Positions 49,971 through 59,014 of a stretch of DNA of 64,000 nt are shown here, piece by piece. The translations under genes and the position numbers were made by a program. The stretch lies in assembly GCA_963701965.1 (NCBI GenBank), contig OY969695.1:4992001-5056000 (forward strand), written 5' to 3'. Below the pieces are notes generated by a model, which worked only from the letters and a program-made list of their open reading frames with translations, did no database searches and was not told the DNA's origin. Origin of the DNA: an uncultured Gemmatimonadales bacterium (lineage in GTDB: Bacteria; Gemmatimonadota; Gemmatimonadetes; Gemmatimonadales; Gemmatimonadaceae). Position 1 is the first letter of the stretch. Every line of letters starts with the position of its first letter.

Positions 49971-50956
49971 CTGACGTTCGCGACACCTCCGCTGACGCCG
50001 ATCGCGTCATCGAGCGGGGCCGCCGCGTCCTGCGGGTCGAACGCGAAGCGCTCGGCCGCGTCGAGTCGCGACTGGACGCCGCGTTCAGCCGTGCCGTCAC
50101 GCTCATCGCCAAGTCGCGCGGCCGCCTGCTCATCGCCGGCGTCGGCAAGTCGGGGCTGATCGGCGCCAAGATCGCGTCCACGATGACTTCGACCGGGACG
50201 GCGGCGGCGTTTCTGCACCCGGTCGATGGCCTGCACGGGGATCTGGGCCTCGTCGGGAGCGACGACGTCGTCGTGCTCCTCTCCAACAGTGGCGAGTCGG
50301 CCGAGCTCCTGGTGTTGCTCGATCATCTCAAACGGTTCGGGGTGTCCACGATCGCCATCACCGGCGTGCTCGACTCCACGTTGGCGCGGCACGCCGACAT
50401 CGTGCTCGACGCGTCGGTGGACGAGGAGGCGTGCCCGCACGGGCTGGCGCCCACGGCCAGCACGACGGCCGCGCTGGCGCTGGGTGACGCGCTGGCGGTC
50501 GCGCTGCTCGAGGAGAAGGGGTTTGGCGCCGCGGACTTCGCGCGCCTGCACCCTGGCGGTGCGCTGGGCCGGCGGTTGCTCACGCGGGTCGCGGACGTCA
50601 TGGAACAGAGCGGCCTGCCCCTGTTGCCGCCCACGGCGTTGATCCGGCAGGCGGTGGTACTACTCGCCGAGCGGCGGGGTATCGTAGTGGTGACCGACGA
50701 GACGTGCCGGTTGGCGGGAGTCGTGACGGTCGGCGACTTCACGCGACTCATGGAGCGCGAGAGCGACCCGTTCGGCATCGCGGTGGGCGACGTCATGACC
50801 GCGACGCCGCGCGCGGCCCATTCCGAGGAGCTGGGCAGCGGGGTCGTGCACCGCATGCAGGAGCACGGGATCATGGCCATGCCCGTGCTGGACGACGATC
50901 AACGCGTGGTCGGCGTCGTCCATCTCCACGATCTCCTGCGGGCGGGATGCGGCTGA
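49967..50956 (+). CDS. kdsD: Arabinose-5-phosphate isomerase (KpsF/GutQ family)
   Basis: GVGKSG, STGT, HGDLG, SNSGE, APTASTT, HPGGALG, C-terminal CBS pair. Confidence 0.93.
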   Translation: MTDVRDTSADADRVIERGRRVLRVEREALGRVESRLDAAFSRAVTLIAKSRGRLLIAGVGKSGLIGAKIASTMTSTGTAAAFLHPVDGLHGDLGLVGSDDVVVLLSNSGESAELLVLLDHLKRFGVSTIAITGVLDSTLARHADIVLDASVDEEACPHGLAPTASTTAALALGDALAVALLEEKGFGAADFARLHPGGALGRRLLTRVADVMEQSGLPLLPPTALIRQAVVLLAERRGIVVVTDETCRLAGVVTVGDFTRLMERESDPFGIAVGDVMTATPRAAHSEELGSGVVHRMQEHGIMAMPVLDDDQRVVGVVHLHDLLRAGCG

Positions 50957-51786
50957 TCCCGGCCCGGTGGTTCCCACTCGGGGTCCTGCTGGTGCTGGCC
51001 GCGTGTACCGGTGGCCGCAACACCGCCATCGGTCCCCACAATCCGCTGGCTGACTCCGCGGATCAGATCGTGTTCGGCGCGCGATCCAAGATGACGGACG
51101 GCGGCGTCAGCAAGTCCGACCTCTACGCCGATACCGCGTACTTCTTCGACGACAATACGCGCATCGAGATGCGTGGGCACGTGACGGTCACGTTCTATAC
51201 CGAGGTCGGCGCCAAGAACGCGGTGCTCACGGCCCTGGCCGGGACGTACAACAACCGCACCGGGAACATGGAGGCGCGGGGCAACGTCGTCGTGAACACG
51301 GTCGACGGGCGGCATCTCCTGACGCCGATCCTGCGCTATACGCAGTCCAAGAACGAGATCGCCAGCGACACGACATTCACCACGACCGACTCGACGCGGC
51401 GGTTGACGGGGATCGGCTTCACGTCCGACCCCAACATGGACAACGTGCATTGCTTCCGGGCCTGCAGTGGTCTCGGGGGCCAAGTGATCCTGCCGTCGTC
51501 GAGTCAGCCGGGAGGGGCAGCCGCACCGGGCAGCGCTCCGGTGGCCTCCCCGCCGGCGAACGCGGTCGTGCTGCCGCCCTCATCGGCCGCGGCTGCCGCC
51601 GCGGCCCATGCGCCGCCTCCCGAGCCGCCCCTGCCCGCGGGTGGGGCCGCGCCGGTACCCGCGCCGGCGATCGTGCCGACTCCGGTCGTGCCTCCCAAGC
51701 GCGACTCCACTCGGCACGACAGCACCCGGCGCGACAGCACCCGGCGCGACAGCGCGCGACACGATACCGCTTCCAAGACGCCGTGA
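50947..51786 (+). CDS. lptC: LPS export periplasmic protein LptC-like, with a long Pro/Ala-rich tail
   Basis: LVLAAC lipobox/anchor; beta-jellyroll-like LYADTA, MEARGNVVV, TGIGFTSD; position between kdsD and lptA/lptB. Confidence 0.75.
   Translation: MRLIPARWFPLGVLLVLAACTGGRNTAIGPHNPLADSADQIVFGARSKMTDGGVSKSDLYADTAYFFDDNTRIEMRGHVTVTFYTEVGAKNAVLTALAGTYNNRTGNMEARGNVVVNTVDGRHLLTPILRYTQSKNEIASDTTFTTTDSTRRLTGIGFTSDPNMDNVHCFRACSGLGGQVILPSSSQPGGAAAPGSAPVASPPANAVVLPPSSAAAAAAAHAPPPEPPLPAGGAAPVPAPAIVPTPVVPPKRDSTRHDSTRRDSTRRDSARHDTASKTP
51700..51774 (+). repeat. Five 15-nt coding repeats (RDSTR/HDSTR) in the lptC tail
   Basis: CGCGACTCCACTCGG CACGACAGCACCCGG CGCGACAGCACCCGG CGCGACAGCGCGCGA CACGATACCGCTTCC. 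Confidence 0.85.
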
Positions 51787-53180
51787 TTCGCCGTTTCATG
51801 CTACTCGCCACCAGTCTCCTCACCTGTCCCCTCGGCGCCCAGGCGCCGTCGGGCCCGTGCCAGCTGGTGTTCGAGAATCGGCCCACGACCCGCGTGGTGG
51901 CGGTCAAGCTGCCGAGCGGGAAGTACAACTCGTTCTTTGGCGGCGGCGTCATCGCGCATTGCCCGGTGCAGAGCCTGACCTTGATCTCCGACAGCGCGGA
52001 GTCGTACGACGAGCAGGGGATCATGTACGCCATCGGCCACGTGCACTACACGGAACCCCGCGCCAAGATCGACGCCGAGCGGGCCACATACTATCAGGGC
52101 AGTGCCCGCTTGATCGCCGATGGCAACGTGGTGGCCCACACGCCGAGCGGCTCCGTGATGCACGGACCCCACGCGGATTACTTGCGCGCGGTGCCGGGGA
52201 TTCGCGCGCAGGCGTGGATGACGGCGACCGGCCGTCCGCATCTCGACCTCGTGCAGCAGGACTCCGCCGGCCGGCCCGAGCCACCGGTCGGCGTCGACGC
52301 CAACACGATCGTCACGCAGAACGACAGTCTCATCTTCGCGTCAGGTAAAGTCGACATCAACCGCACCGATCTCGACGCCCACGGCGACTCGGCGACGCTC
52401 GACCAAGGCACGGAGTTCATGCGCCTCATGCGACAGCCGATCATCAATGGCAAGCAAGGCCGGCCGTTCACGCTGCGCGGCGTCGTGATCGATCTCTACT
52501 CGCACAACCGGCAGTTGGAACGCGTCAAGTCCTACACGCAAGGCGACGCGGTGAGTCAGGAGTTGCACCTGGTCTCCGACACGATCGACCTGCGCGTGGT
52601 CGACAAGCAGCTGGTGCGGGCCTACGCCTGGGGACCGTCGCGGGCCCACGCCACGACGCCGGACCGCGACATCCTGGCGGACTCGATCGACAGCCACTTG
52701 CCCGGCCAGGTGCTGCGCGAAGTCATCGCCGTGCGGAAGGCGTTTGCCCAGAGCATTCCCGACACGGTGAAGATCAAGTCGCCGGACAAGGACTGGATTC
52801 GCGGTGACACGGTGATCGCGTACTTCGACAGCACAGCCAAACCCACGCCGCCACCGCCCCCGGCGGGACCGTCGGACAGCGCCAACCGCGCGCAGCCGCA
52901 GCCGGAGGTGAAGACGGTGGTGTCGCTCGGCCACGCCAAGGCGTTCTACCAACTGCCCGCCAAGGACAAGCGGGCCAAGGTGCCGGCGATCAACTACGTC
53001 GTGGGTCACGACATCACGATCCAGCTGGCGAACAAAGCCGTGCAAACGGTCACGGTCCGCGACAGCGCGACGGGCGTGTACCTGGAGCCGGTCGTCGAAG
53101 ACTCGGCCAAGGCCAAGCGCGACTCCACCAAGGCCGCCGGGCGCCGCCAACGGGCGCCGGGATTGGGGGGACGGCCATGA
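51783..53180 (+). CDS. Large LptA/OstA-like periplasmic beta-jellyroll protein
   Basis: Signal peptide ending LGAQ; repeated xSDSA/ADGNV/ASGKV/GDSA/SDTI/ADSI/GDTV strands; between lptC and lptB. Confidence 0.7.
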   Translation: MIRRFMLLATSLLTCPLGAQAPSGPCQLVFENRPTTRVVAVKLPSGKYNSFFGGGVIAHCPVQSLTLISDSAESYDEQGIMYAIGHVHYTEPRAKIDAERATYYQGSARLIADGNVVAHTPSGSVMHGPHADYLRAVPGIRAQAWMTATGRPHLDLVQQDSAGRPEPPVGVDANTIVTQNDSLIFASGKVDINRTDLDAHGDSATLDQGTEFMRLMRQPIINGKQGRPFTLRGVVIDLYSHNRQLERVKSYTQGDAVSQELHLVSDTIDLRVVDKQLVRAYAWGPSRAHATTPDRDILADSIDSHLPGQVLREVIAVRKAFAQSIPDTVKIKSPDKDWIRGDTVIAYFDSTAKPTPPPPPAGPSDSANRAQPQPEVKTVVSLGHAKAFYQLPAKDKRAKVPAINYVVGHDITIQLANKAVQTVTVRDSATGVYLEPVVEDSAKAKRDSTKAAGRRQRAPGLGGRP

Positions 53181-54355
53181 CCGCCAGCGCCCGCATCATC
53201 GAGCTGACGAAGGGAGACCGGACGACGGCCGGCGTACTGGCATCGCTCATCGAGGGCGCCGACGAAGCAGGCCGACTCCGCCTCAACGCGCTGGCGATCC
53301 GCGTCCGCGAGCAATATCTGGACACCCTGCGCCAGGAAGGCCGGGACGCCGAGCAGGAAGCCGGCCGCCTGGGCCTGGACGAGGTCCGCGCGTTCCTCCT
53401 GTCGTCGGTGCTGCCGCGCCTCGGGGATGAGGGGCTCATCGTCCCGCTCCGGCGCACGGCGTCCGACCCGGAGACATTCGTGACCGTCGCGCCGGCGGTG
53501 TGGGCGGAGTTGGGCGACCGGACCGGTCGCACCGGCGTCGCGCGCGCGCTGCGGGAAAGCGGCGAGCGAACGCCCGCGGCGGGGGCGGAGGCTGAGGCCC
53601 GCCCGGGCAGCCTGTTGGAAGCCGATGGCCTGGTCAAAGTCTATCGCCGCCGCAAAGTGGTGAACGACGTCGACGTGTATCTCCGCCAGGGCGAGATTGT
53701 GGGTCTCCTCGGACCCAATGGCGCGGGCAAGACGACGACGTTCTACATGATCGTCGGCCTGATTCAACCGCTGGCGGGGAGCATCCGCCTCGATGGACAG
53801 GACATCACGCAGATGCCCATGTACCGCCGGGCGCGCCAGGGGATCGGCTACCTGTCCCAAGAGCCGTCGATCTTCCGCAAACTGTCGGTGGAAGAGAACA
53901 TCCTCGCCATCCTGGAGATGTTGCCGCTCACGGCGGCCGACCGGCGGGCGCGGCTCGAGAAACTGCTGGACGAGTTGAGCATCAAGCATCTGCGGCACAA
54001 CAAGGCGTACTCCCTGTCCGGCGGCGAGCGCCGCCGCCTGGAGATCACGCGCGCCCTGGTCACGAGCCCCAAGTTCATGATGCTGGACGAGCCCTTCGCC
54101 GGGGTCGATCCGATCGCGGTCCACGACATCCAAACCATTGTCGCGGGACTCCGGCATCGGGGCATCGGCGTGCTGATCAGCGATCACAACGTCGAACAGA
54201 CTCTCGACATTGTCGACCGGGCGTATATCATGTTCGATGGTCAGGTGAAGGTGTCGGGCACTGTCCGCCAGTTAGTCTTCGACGAGACGGTGGCGGAGAT
54301 CTATCTGGGACCAACCCTCACCGCGCGCCTCCGGGCACGCTACTCGGCCGCGTAA
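53177..54355 (+). CDS. lptB: LPS export ABC transporter ATPase LptB with ~145-aa N-terminal extension
   Basis: [54 protein letters not shown]. Confidence 0.93.
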   Translation: MTASARIIELTKGDRTTAGVLASLIEGADEAGRLRLNALAIRVREQYLDTLRQEGRDAEQEAGRLGLDEVRAFLLSSVLPRLGDEGLIVPLRRTASDPETFVTVAPAVWAELGDRTGRTGVARALRESGERTPAAGAEAEARPGSLLEADGLVKVYRRRKVVNDVDVYLRQGEIVGLLGPNGAGKTTTFYMIVGLIQPLAGSIRLDGQDITQMPMYRRARQGIGYLSQEPSIFRKLSVEENILAILEMLPLTAADRRARLEKLLDELSIKHLRHNKAYSLSGGERRRLEITRALVTSPKFMMLDEPFAGVDPIAVHDIQTIVAGLRHRGIGVLISDHNVEQTLDIVDRAYIMFDGQVKVSGTVRQLVFDETVAEIYLGPTLTARLRARYSAA

Positions 54356-54370
54356 GCCGGGGCGGGTCGC

Positions 54371-55841
54371 ATGAAAACGGGACTGAACCAGAGCACGCAG
54401 CTCAAACAAGAGCTCAAGATCAATCCCCGCCTGTATCAGGCGATGGATCTCTTGTACATGCCGCTGCTCGACCTCCAGCAGCACCTCAAACAGGAACTGC
54501 TGAACAACCCCTTCCTGGAGTTGGTCGAGCCCGAAGAGGACGAGGAAGAGGAGGAGACGCCGGAGGCGGAGGCGCAGACCGAGACGCCGGCCGAGGAGCA
54601 GCGCAACGACGAGATCGACTGGGAAGAGATCCTGCTGGAGGGGTTCGACGCCGGCGGCCGGCGGGAAGAGCACGAGGAGAAGGAGTACTACGAGCCGGTT
54701 ACCGCCCAGACCCGGGACCTGAGCGACCACCTGATGGAGCAGATCGCGCTGCTCGATTTGACGCCGCGCGAGGCGGCGCTGGCCGAGGAGTTCGTCGGGA
54801 ACGTGAACGACGAGGGGTATCTCGACTGCGCGGTCCAGGAGATCATCGACGGCATCAACTCGGAGATCACCAAGGTCGCGGAGGCGAGCGAGACCGACAC
54901 GGGCACGGAGCTACCGCTGTACACCATCGCCGAGGGCGAGGCGATGCTGAGCCGGATCCAGGATCTCGAGCCGCCGGGCGTGGGCGCCCGCGATCTCCGC
55001 GAGTGCCTCTTGCTGCAGCTCAAGCAGGCCGGGCTGGAACAATCGGTTCCGTACCGCCTCGTACGCGATTGCTACGACGAGCTGATCAATCACCGTTGGA
55101 GCGAGATCTCGAAGCGGTTCGGGATCAGCCAGAACGACGTGCAGCGCGCGGCCGACGAGATCGCGAAGCTCGATCCGAAGCCAGGACTCGATCTACTCGG
55201 CGGCCAGCGACAACTACATCACGCCGGATCTCGTGGTCGACAAGATCGACGGGCAGTATCACGTGTTCTTGAACGACGCGAACTTGCCGCGCCTCAAGTT
55301 GAGCCGCGCCTACCAGGAGATCGCGCGCGACAAGAAGAAGTTCGACGGGGAGAACAAGGAGTTCATCTCCAACAAGCTCAACTCGGCCAACTGGATGATC
55401 CAGGCGATCGAGCAGCGGCGCCAGACGATGCTCAAGGTGATGAACTACATCATCGAGCGGCAGCGGGAGTTCTTCGAGAAAGGCGTCCAGTATCTCAAGC
55501 CGCTGACGCTGCGCGAGGTCGCCGAAGTGATCAACATGCACGAGTCGACCGTCAGCCGCGTGACGAACGAGAAGTTCGTCCAGACGCCGCGCGGGGTGTT
55601 GCCGCTCAAGTTCTTCTTCTCGTCGGGGCTCTCGACCTCGGGGGGTGAAGACGTCTCGGCCCGCGGGATCAAGGCGCAGATCCAGAAGCTGGTCGAGGAC
55701 GAGGATGCCAAGCGTCCGCTGACCGACCAGGCGATCGTCAACATCCTCAAGGACAGCGGCGTGCAGATCGCCCGCCGGACGGTCGCGAAGTATCGCGATC
55801 AGCTCGGGGTGCTCTCGGCCCGCATGCGCAAGCGCGTCTAA
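54371..55841 (+). CDS. rpoN: RNA polymerase sigma-54 factor (one apparent +1 indel near 55190)
   Basis: Q-rich region I, NPFLE, PPGVGARDLRECLLLQL, LDPKPG; shifted frame continues YITPDLVV, KPLTLREVA..MHESTVSR and the RpoN box ARRTVAKYR. Confidence 0.95.
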
Positions 55842-55842
55842 C

Positions 55843-56829
55843 GTGTCGATCGCCGTCCTCGAACCGAGTCCGACGCCACCCGTGCCTGGCACGGGGATCG
55901 ACGTCAGCGTGCTGGTGCCGGCCAAGGATGAGGCGGAGAACCTGCCGGCGTTCATGGAACAGGCCGAGGCGGCATTTCGGGGCAGTGCGGCCACGTTCGA
56001 GGTCATCGTCGTGGACGATGGCTCGGTCGACAGCACGTGGACGGTGCTCGGGGCGCTCGCCGAGCGCTACCCGTTCCTCCGCCGCGTGCAGCACCGGCGA
56101 CGGCGGGGCATCGCCGACGCGCTCCGCACCGGGTACTTGCACGCGCGCGGCGACGTGTTGGTGTTCTACCCGGCGGATCTCCAATACAAGCCCGAGGATA
56201 TTCCGCGCCTCGTCGCGCCGATTCTCGCGGGCGAGTCGGACATGGTCACGGGGTTCAAGCAAGGCAAGTATGAGAAGGCGTTCGTCTCTAGCGTCTACAA
56301 CTGGCTGAGCCGCTCGCTGTTCGAGGTGCCGGTGCGGGACCTGAATTCCGTGAAGGCGTACCGGCGCGCGATCATGGAACAGCTGCCGGTGCGTCCGGAC
56401 TGGCATCGCTACATGATCGTGATCGCGGCGGCGCAGGGGTTCACGGTCACGGAGATCCCGATCCCGCTCTATCCGCGGAACGCGGGCCACTCCAAGTTCG
56501 GCCGCTCGCGCATCCTCGTGGGCGTGCTCGACATGCTCTCGGTCTGGTTCGAGCTCCGGTTCGGCCGCAAGCCGCTGCTGCTCTTCGGCCTCCTCGGCGC
56601 GCTCCTGTTCTCTCTCGGCGTGCTCACGGGCATCGTCGCGCTCCTGATGCGGTTCGTGATTCCACCGTATCAGGGATTCCGCCCGCTGCTCAACCTGATT
56701 GAAGTCTGTCTCATTCTCGGATTCCTGTCGTTCGCCACCGGGCTCCTCGGCGAGCAGATCGCCGGGCAACGCGCCGAGTTGCGCGAGCTCCGGCGCGAGC
56801 TGGAATTTCGGGACCGCAACGACGGCTGA
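55843..56829 (+). CDS. Glycosyltransferase family 2 (ArnC/polyprenol-phosphate glycosyltransferase-like)
   Basis: VSVLVPAKDE, VVDDGSVDST, ADLQ, RNAGHSKFG, two C-terminal TM helices and GLLGE. Confidence 0.9.
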   Translation: MSIAVLEPSPTPPVPGTGIDVSVLVPAKDEAENLPAFMEQAEAAFRGSAATFEVIVVDDGSVDSTWTVLGALAERYPFLRRVQHRRRRGIADALRTGYLHARGDVLVFYPADLQYKPEDIPRLVAPILAGESDMVTGFKQGKYEKAFVSSVYNWLSRSLFEVPVRDLNSVKAYRRAIMEQLPVRPDWHRYMIVIAAAQGFTVTEIPIPLYPRNAGHSKFGRSRILVGVLDMLSVWFELRFGRKPLLLFGLLGALLFSLGVLTGIVALLMRFVIPPYQGFRPLLNLIEVCLILGFLSFATGLLGEQIAGQRAELRELRRELEFRDRNDG

Positions 56830-56831
56830 CG

Positions 56832-56856
56832 CAGCGCGGCGACTGACGCCGCGCTG
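56832..56856. terminator. GC-rich hairpin after the GT2 gene
   Basis: CAGCGCGGCG-ACTGA-CGCCGCGCTG, a 10-bp perfect stem with no clear U-tract. Confidence 0.4.
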
Positions 56857-56887
56857 ACGCTCCACATACACGGTGGTCCTTTCCGCG

Positions 56888-56917
56888 TTGCGGCGCGTTT
56901 TTCGGCGCGCCTATCAT
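56888..56917 (+). promoter_or_regulatory. Putative sigma70 promoter of the toxin-antitoxin-like pair
   Basis: TTGCGG, 18 nt, TATCAT; inverted repeat GGCGCG-N8-CGCGCC between the boxes; SD GGAGG at 56927-31. Confidence 0.5.
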
Positions 56918-56938
56918 TGTAGAGACGGAGGATGACCC

Positions 56939-57183
56939 ATGGAAGACTATTCGCACCTGAGCGAAGAAGAGGCCGCCCGTATGGACGCCGAGGATCGCGC
57001 CAACGATCCGGACGATGGCGTTCGACTACGACGAAATCTTCGCAGAAATTCGAGGCCGAGAAACGCGGCGAAGGCCCGCCGTCGATTCGCATCCAGTCCC
57101 CGGAACAGCTCACTGCACTCTTGACGCAATGGACGGACGAAGCGGTGGCAAGAGTGCGGGGACGCAATGGCCGCAAGGATTGA
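56939..57183 (+). CDS. Putative acidic antitoxin (~80 aa after removing two apparent +1 indels near 57012 and 57044)
   Basis: GGAGG 7 nt before ATG; stitched frames read MEDYSHLSEEEAARMDAEDRANDP..MAFDYDEIFA.KFEAEKRGEGPPSIRIQSPEQLTALLTQWTDEAVARVRGRNGRKD; its 3' end overlaps the toxin start. Confidence 0.5.
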
Positions 57184-57601
57184 TGTCAAATCGAGAGTGT
57201 ATCGGGACATCGATGCACTCATGTGGTCCGTGGCGAGACACCCGCGAGGGCAACCCGATGCGCGGCGACACGATATCGATGCGGCTATCGACGTGATCGC
57301 GGACACTCCGATGCTCTCGCCCATTGGCGCAAGGCGCCGTCGTACGCGCATCGACCTTCGTCGACGCAACGTTCGTCAGTTCGCGATACTGTACCACTAC
57401 GAACCGCCATCGCCCACCGACCCCGACGGGGTCGTGTCGATCCGGGCGGTGCGACATGCACGGGTCGCCAACGTCTTTCGCGGCGTCTACGAGATTCCCG
57501 TCCTGCGCTACGGCATCACACGAAATCCGATGGCCGCGCCAGGCCACGGGTTACCACCGCGCGTGGATCGGAGCACTTGGGACAGAGCCTCCGGCGTTTA
57601 A
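57167..57601 (+). CDS. RelE/ParE-superfamily toxin-like protein
   Basis: Basic protein with the ParE pattern: VYRDIDAL, IDAAIDVIADTPMLSPIG, LRRRNVRQFAILY, VVSIRAVRHAR. Confidence 0.7.
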   Translation: MAARIDVKSRVYRDIDALMWSVARHPRGQPDARRHDIDAAIDVIADTPMLSPIGARRRRTRIDLRRRNVRQFAILYHYEPPSPTDPDGVVSIRAVRHARVANVFRGVYEIPVLRYGITRNPMAAPGHGLPPRVDRSTWDRASGV

Positions 57602-57827
57602 TGCGGTGCAGGCGCCGCTCAAACCGGCGCGTGACGCCGAGCCACGTGCGCGCGAGCTGGAAGGAGATGCCCGCGCGTTTGATCGCGCGGCGTGAGCGGG
57701 GAGGCGCGGCCCGCGCGGTGATGCGCGATGCGGCTGCTCGAGATCGGTGGAGAAGCCGAGGTAGTGGCGGGCGTGGTAGTATGGTCTGTCGAAGTGCAGC
57801 AGGTACACCGTGCCGTACTTCGACCAT
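57516..57827 (-). CDS. Small GIY-YIG-like endonuclease (two or three apparent +1 indels; start uncertain)
   Basis: Stitched frames read GTVYLLHFDRPYYHARHYLGFSTDLEQRIAHHRAGRASPLTRAIKRAGISFQLARTWLGVTRRFERRLHRIKRRRLCPKC. Confidence 0.7.
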   Translation of the reverse strand: MVEVRHGVPAALRQTILPRPPLPRLLHRSRAAASRITARAAPPRSRRAIKRAGISFQLARTWLGVTRRFERRLHRIKRRRLCPKCSDPRAVVTRGLARPSDFV

Positions 57828-57900
57828 CGTTGCGGTGTCGTCGTCGTATCCTCCGTGTCAGGCCCCTCATCTATCCTGACACGTCAGACGCCCCCGAGGA

Positions 57901-58956
57901 TCAATTTCTCGGCAAACGAATTCCGTAACGACCGAGGAAGAGCGCCAACTCTTCGGTGAGTGGCGAGCCCGCCTCGCTCCGGGAGCGCCCGGCCAGATCC
58001 AGCCAGTACGCCCCGCGGCGCCGCAGCTCCTGCCGGGCCCCGTCATCGAGCGCCACCTCGCTCAAGACCGTATCGCCCGCCGCCGCCAGGGACGTGACGG
58101 CCATGGCGTCGTCGGCCCGCACCCACAGGAGCCGCCACGTCTTGGCGAGCGTATAGGTCCGGAACGGCGGCGTCTCCGCGATGCGGACTTCTTTGTACGC
58201 CGCGAACCGGTCGAACTCCGACACGATCGTGCGCACCAACTCCACCTTTTCCTCGGCGCTCACCGCGCGGGGAAACGCCGGTGCCGAGCGGATGACCTTG
58301 GCGGGCGTTCCCACGGCCAGGCTGCACGGCGGAATGCTGCCCGCCACCAGCGAGTTCGCGCCGATCACCGAGCCATCGCCGATCGTCGATCCCGGCATGA
58401 CGAACACGCGCCAGGGGAGCCAGACACTCTTGCCGAGCGTGACCCCCTCGTACGTCGCCTGATACCCGTCCAGCACGTTGAGCCAGGCCCCGTGCGTGAA
58501 GATCAGGCAGTGGCCGCCGATCCCGGTATCGTCGCCAATGATGACCGGCTTGGTCGCGTTGATGTTCGCCAGCTGCAGCACGATCGTCCGCGAGCCCAGG
58601 GAGAAACGGGATTCCGGCAGCGTCGGCCCGCCGACGTAGACCTGTTCCCGAATCCGCGCGTCCTCGCCCAACTCGATCCGCTCGCACGACACATAGCTCA
58701 TCGTGCCGACGCTCGAATGTCTCCCGATCGTGATGGACCGTCCCTGGACGATCGCCAGGAGACCAATCTCGACGTGATCGCCGAGCTCCACGTCGCGGCC
58801 CACGACTACGCCGCCGAACGCGATCTTGACCCCGCGTCCGATCCGATAGTGTAAAAAAGTGCGATAGGCCCAGACCTTGATCGGGCTGGGCATCCAGCCG
58901 AACAGCGCCAGATGCCGGAGCGGGAGCCGGGACGACGGGATGAGCGTCTTCGCCAT
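57901..58956 (-). CDS. Hexapeptide-repeat (left-handed beta-helix) acyltransferase with C-terminal extension
   Basis: IGRGVKI, LGDHVEIG, IGRHSSVG, IGDDTGIG, LGKSVWL, IGDGSVIGANSLV, AVGTPAKVIR. Confidence 0.88.
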   Translation of the reverse strand: MAKTLIPSSRLPLRHLALFGWMPSPIKVWAYRTFLHYRIGRGVKIAFGGVVVGRDVELGDHVEIGLLAIVQGRSITIGRHSSVGTMSYVSCERIELGEDARIREQVYVGGPTLPESRFSLGSRTIVLQLANINATKPVIIGDDTGIGGHCLIFTHGAWLNVLDGYQATYEGVTLGKSVWLPWRVFVMPGSTIGDGSVIGANSLVAGSIPPCSLAVGTPAKVIRSAPAFPRAVSAEEKVELVRTIVSEFDRFAAYKEVRIAETPPFRTYTLAKTWRLLWVRADDAMAVTSLAAAGDTVLSEVALDDGARQELRRRGAYWLDLAGRSRSEAGSPLTEELALFLGRYGIRLPRN

Positions 58957-59014
58957 GTTCAGGCGGATAGTACTTGGTTCGTAGCACGTCCGCCTAGGTG
59001 TGTATATTCCCCAC

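Noticed and set aside
51700..51774. Short repeats as a CRISPR array
   Set aside because: 15-nt in-frame coding repeats with no spacers and no cas genes.
56826..57890. Terminal inverted repeats or target duplication defining the islet as an IS or MITE
   Set aside because: Only a 6-bp CTGACG match between the ends, no transposase and no clear target-site duplication.
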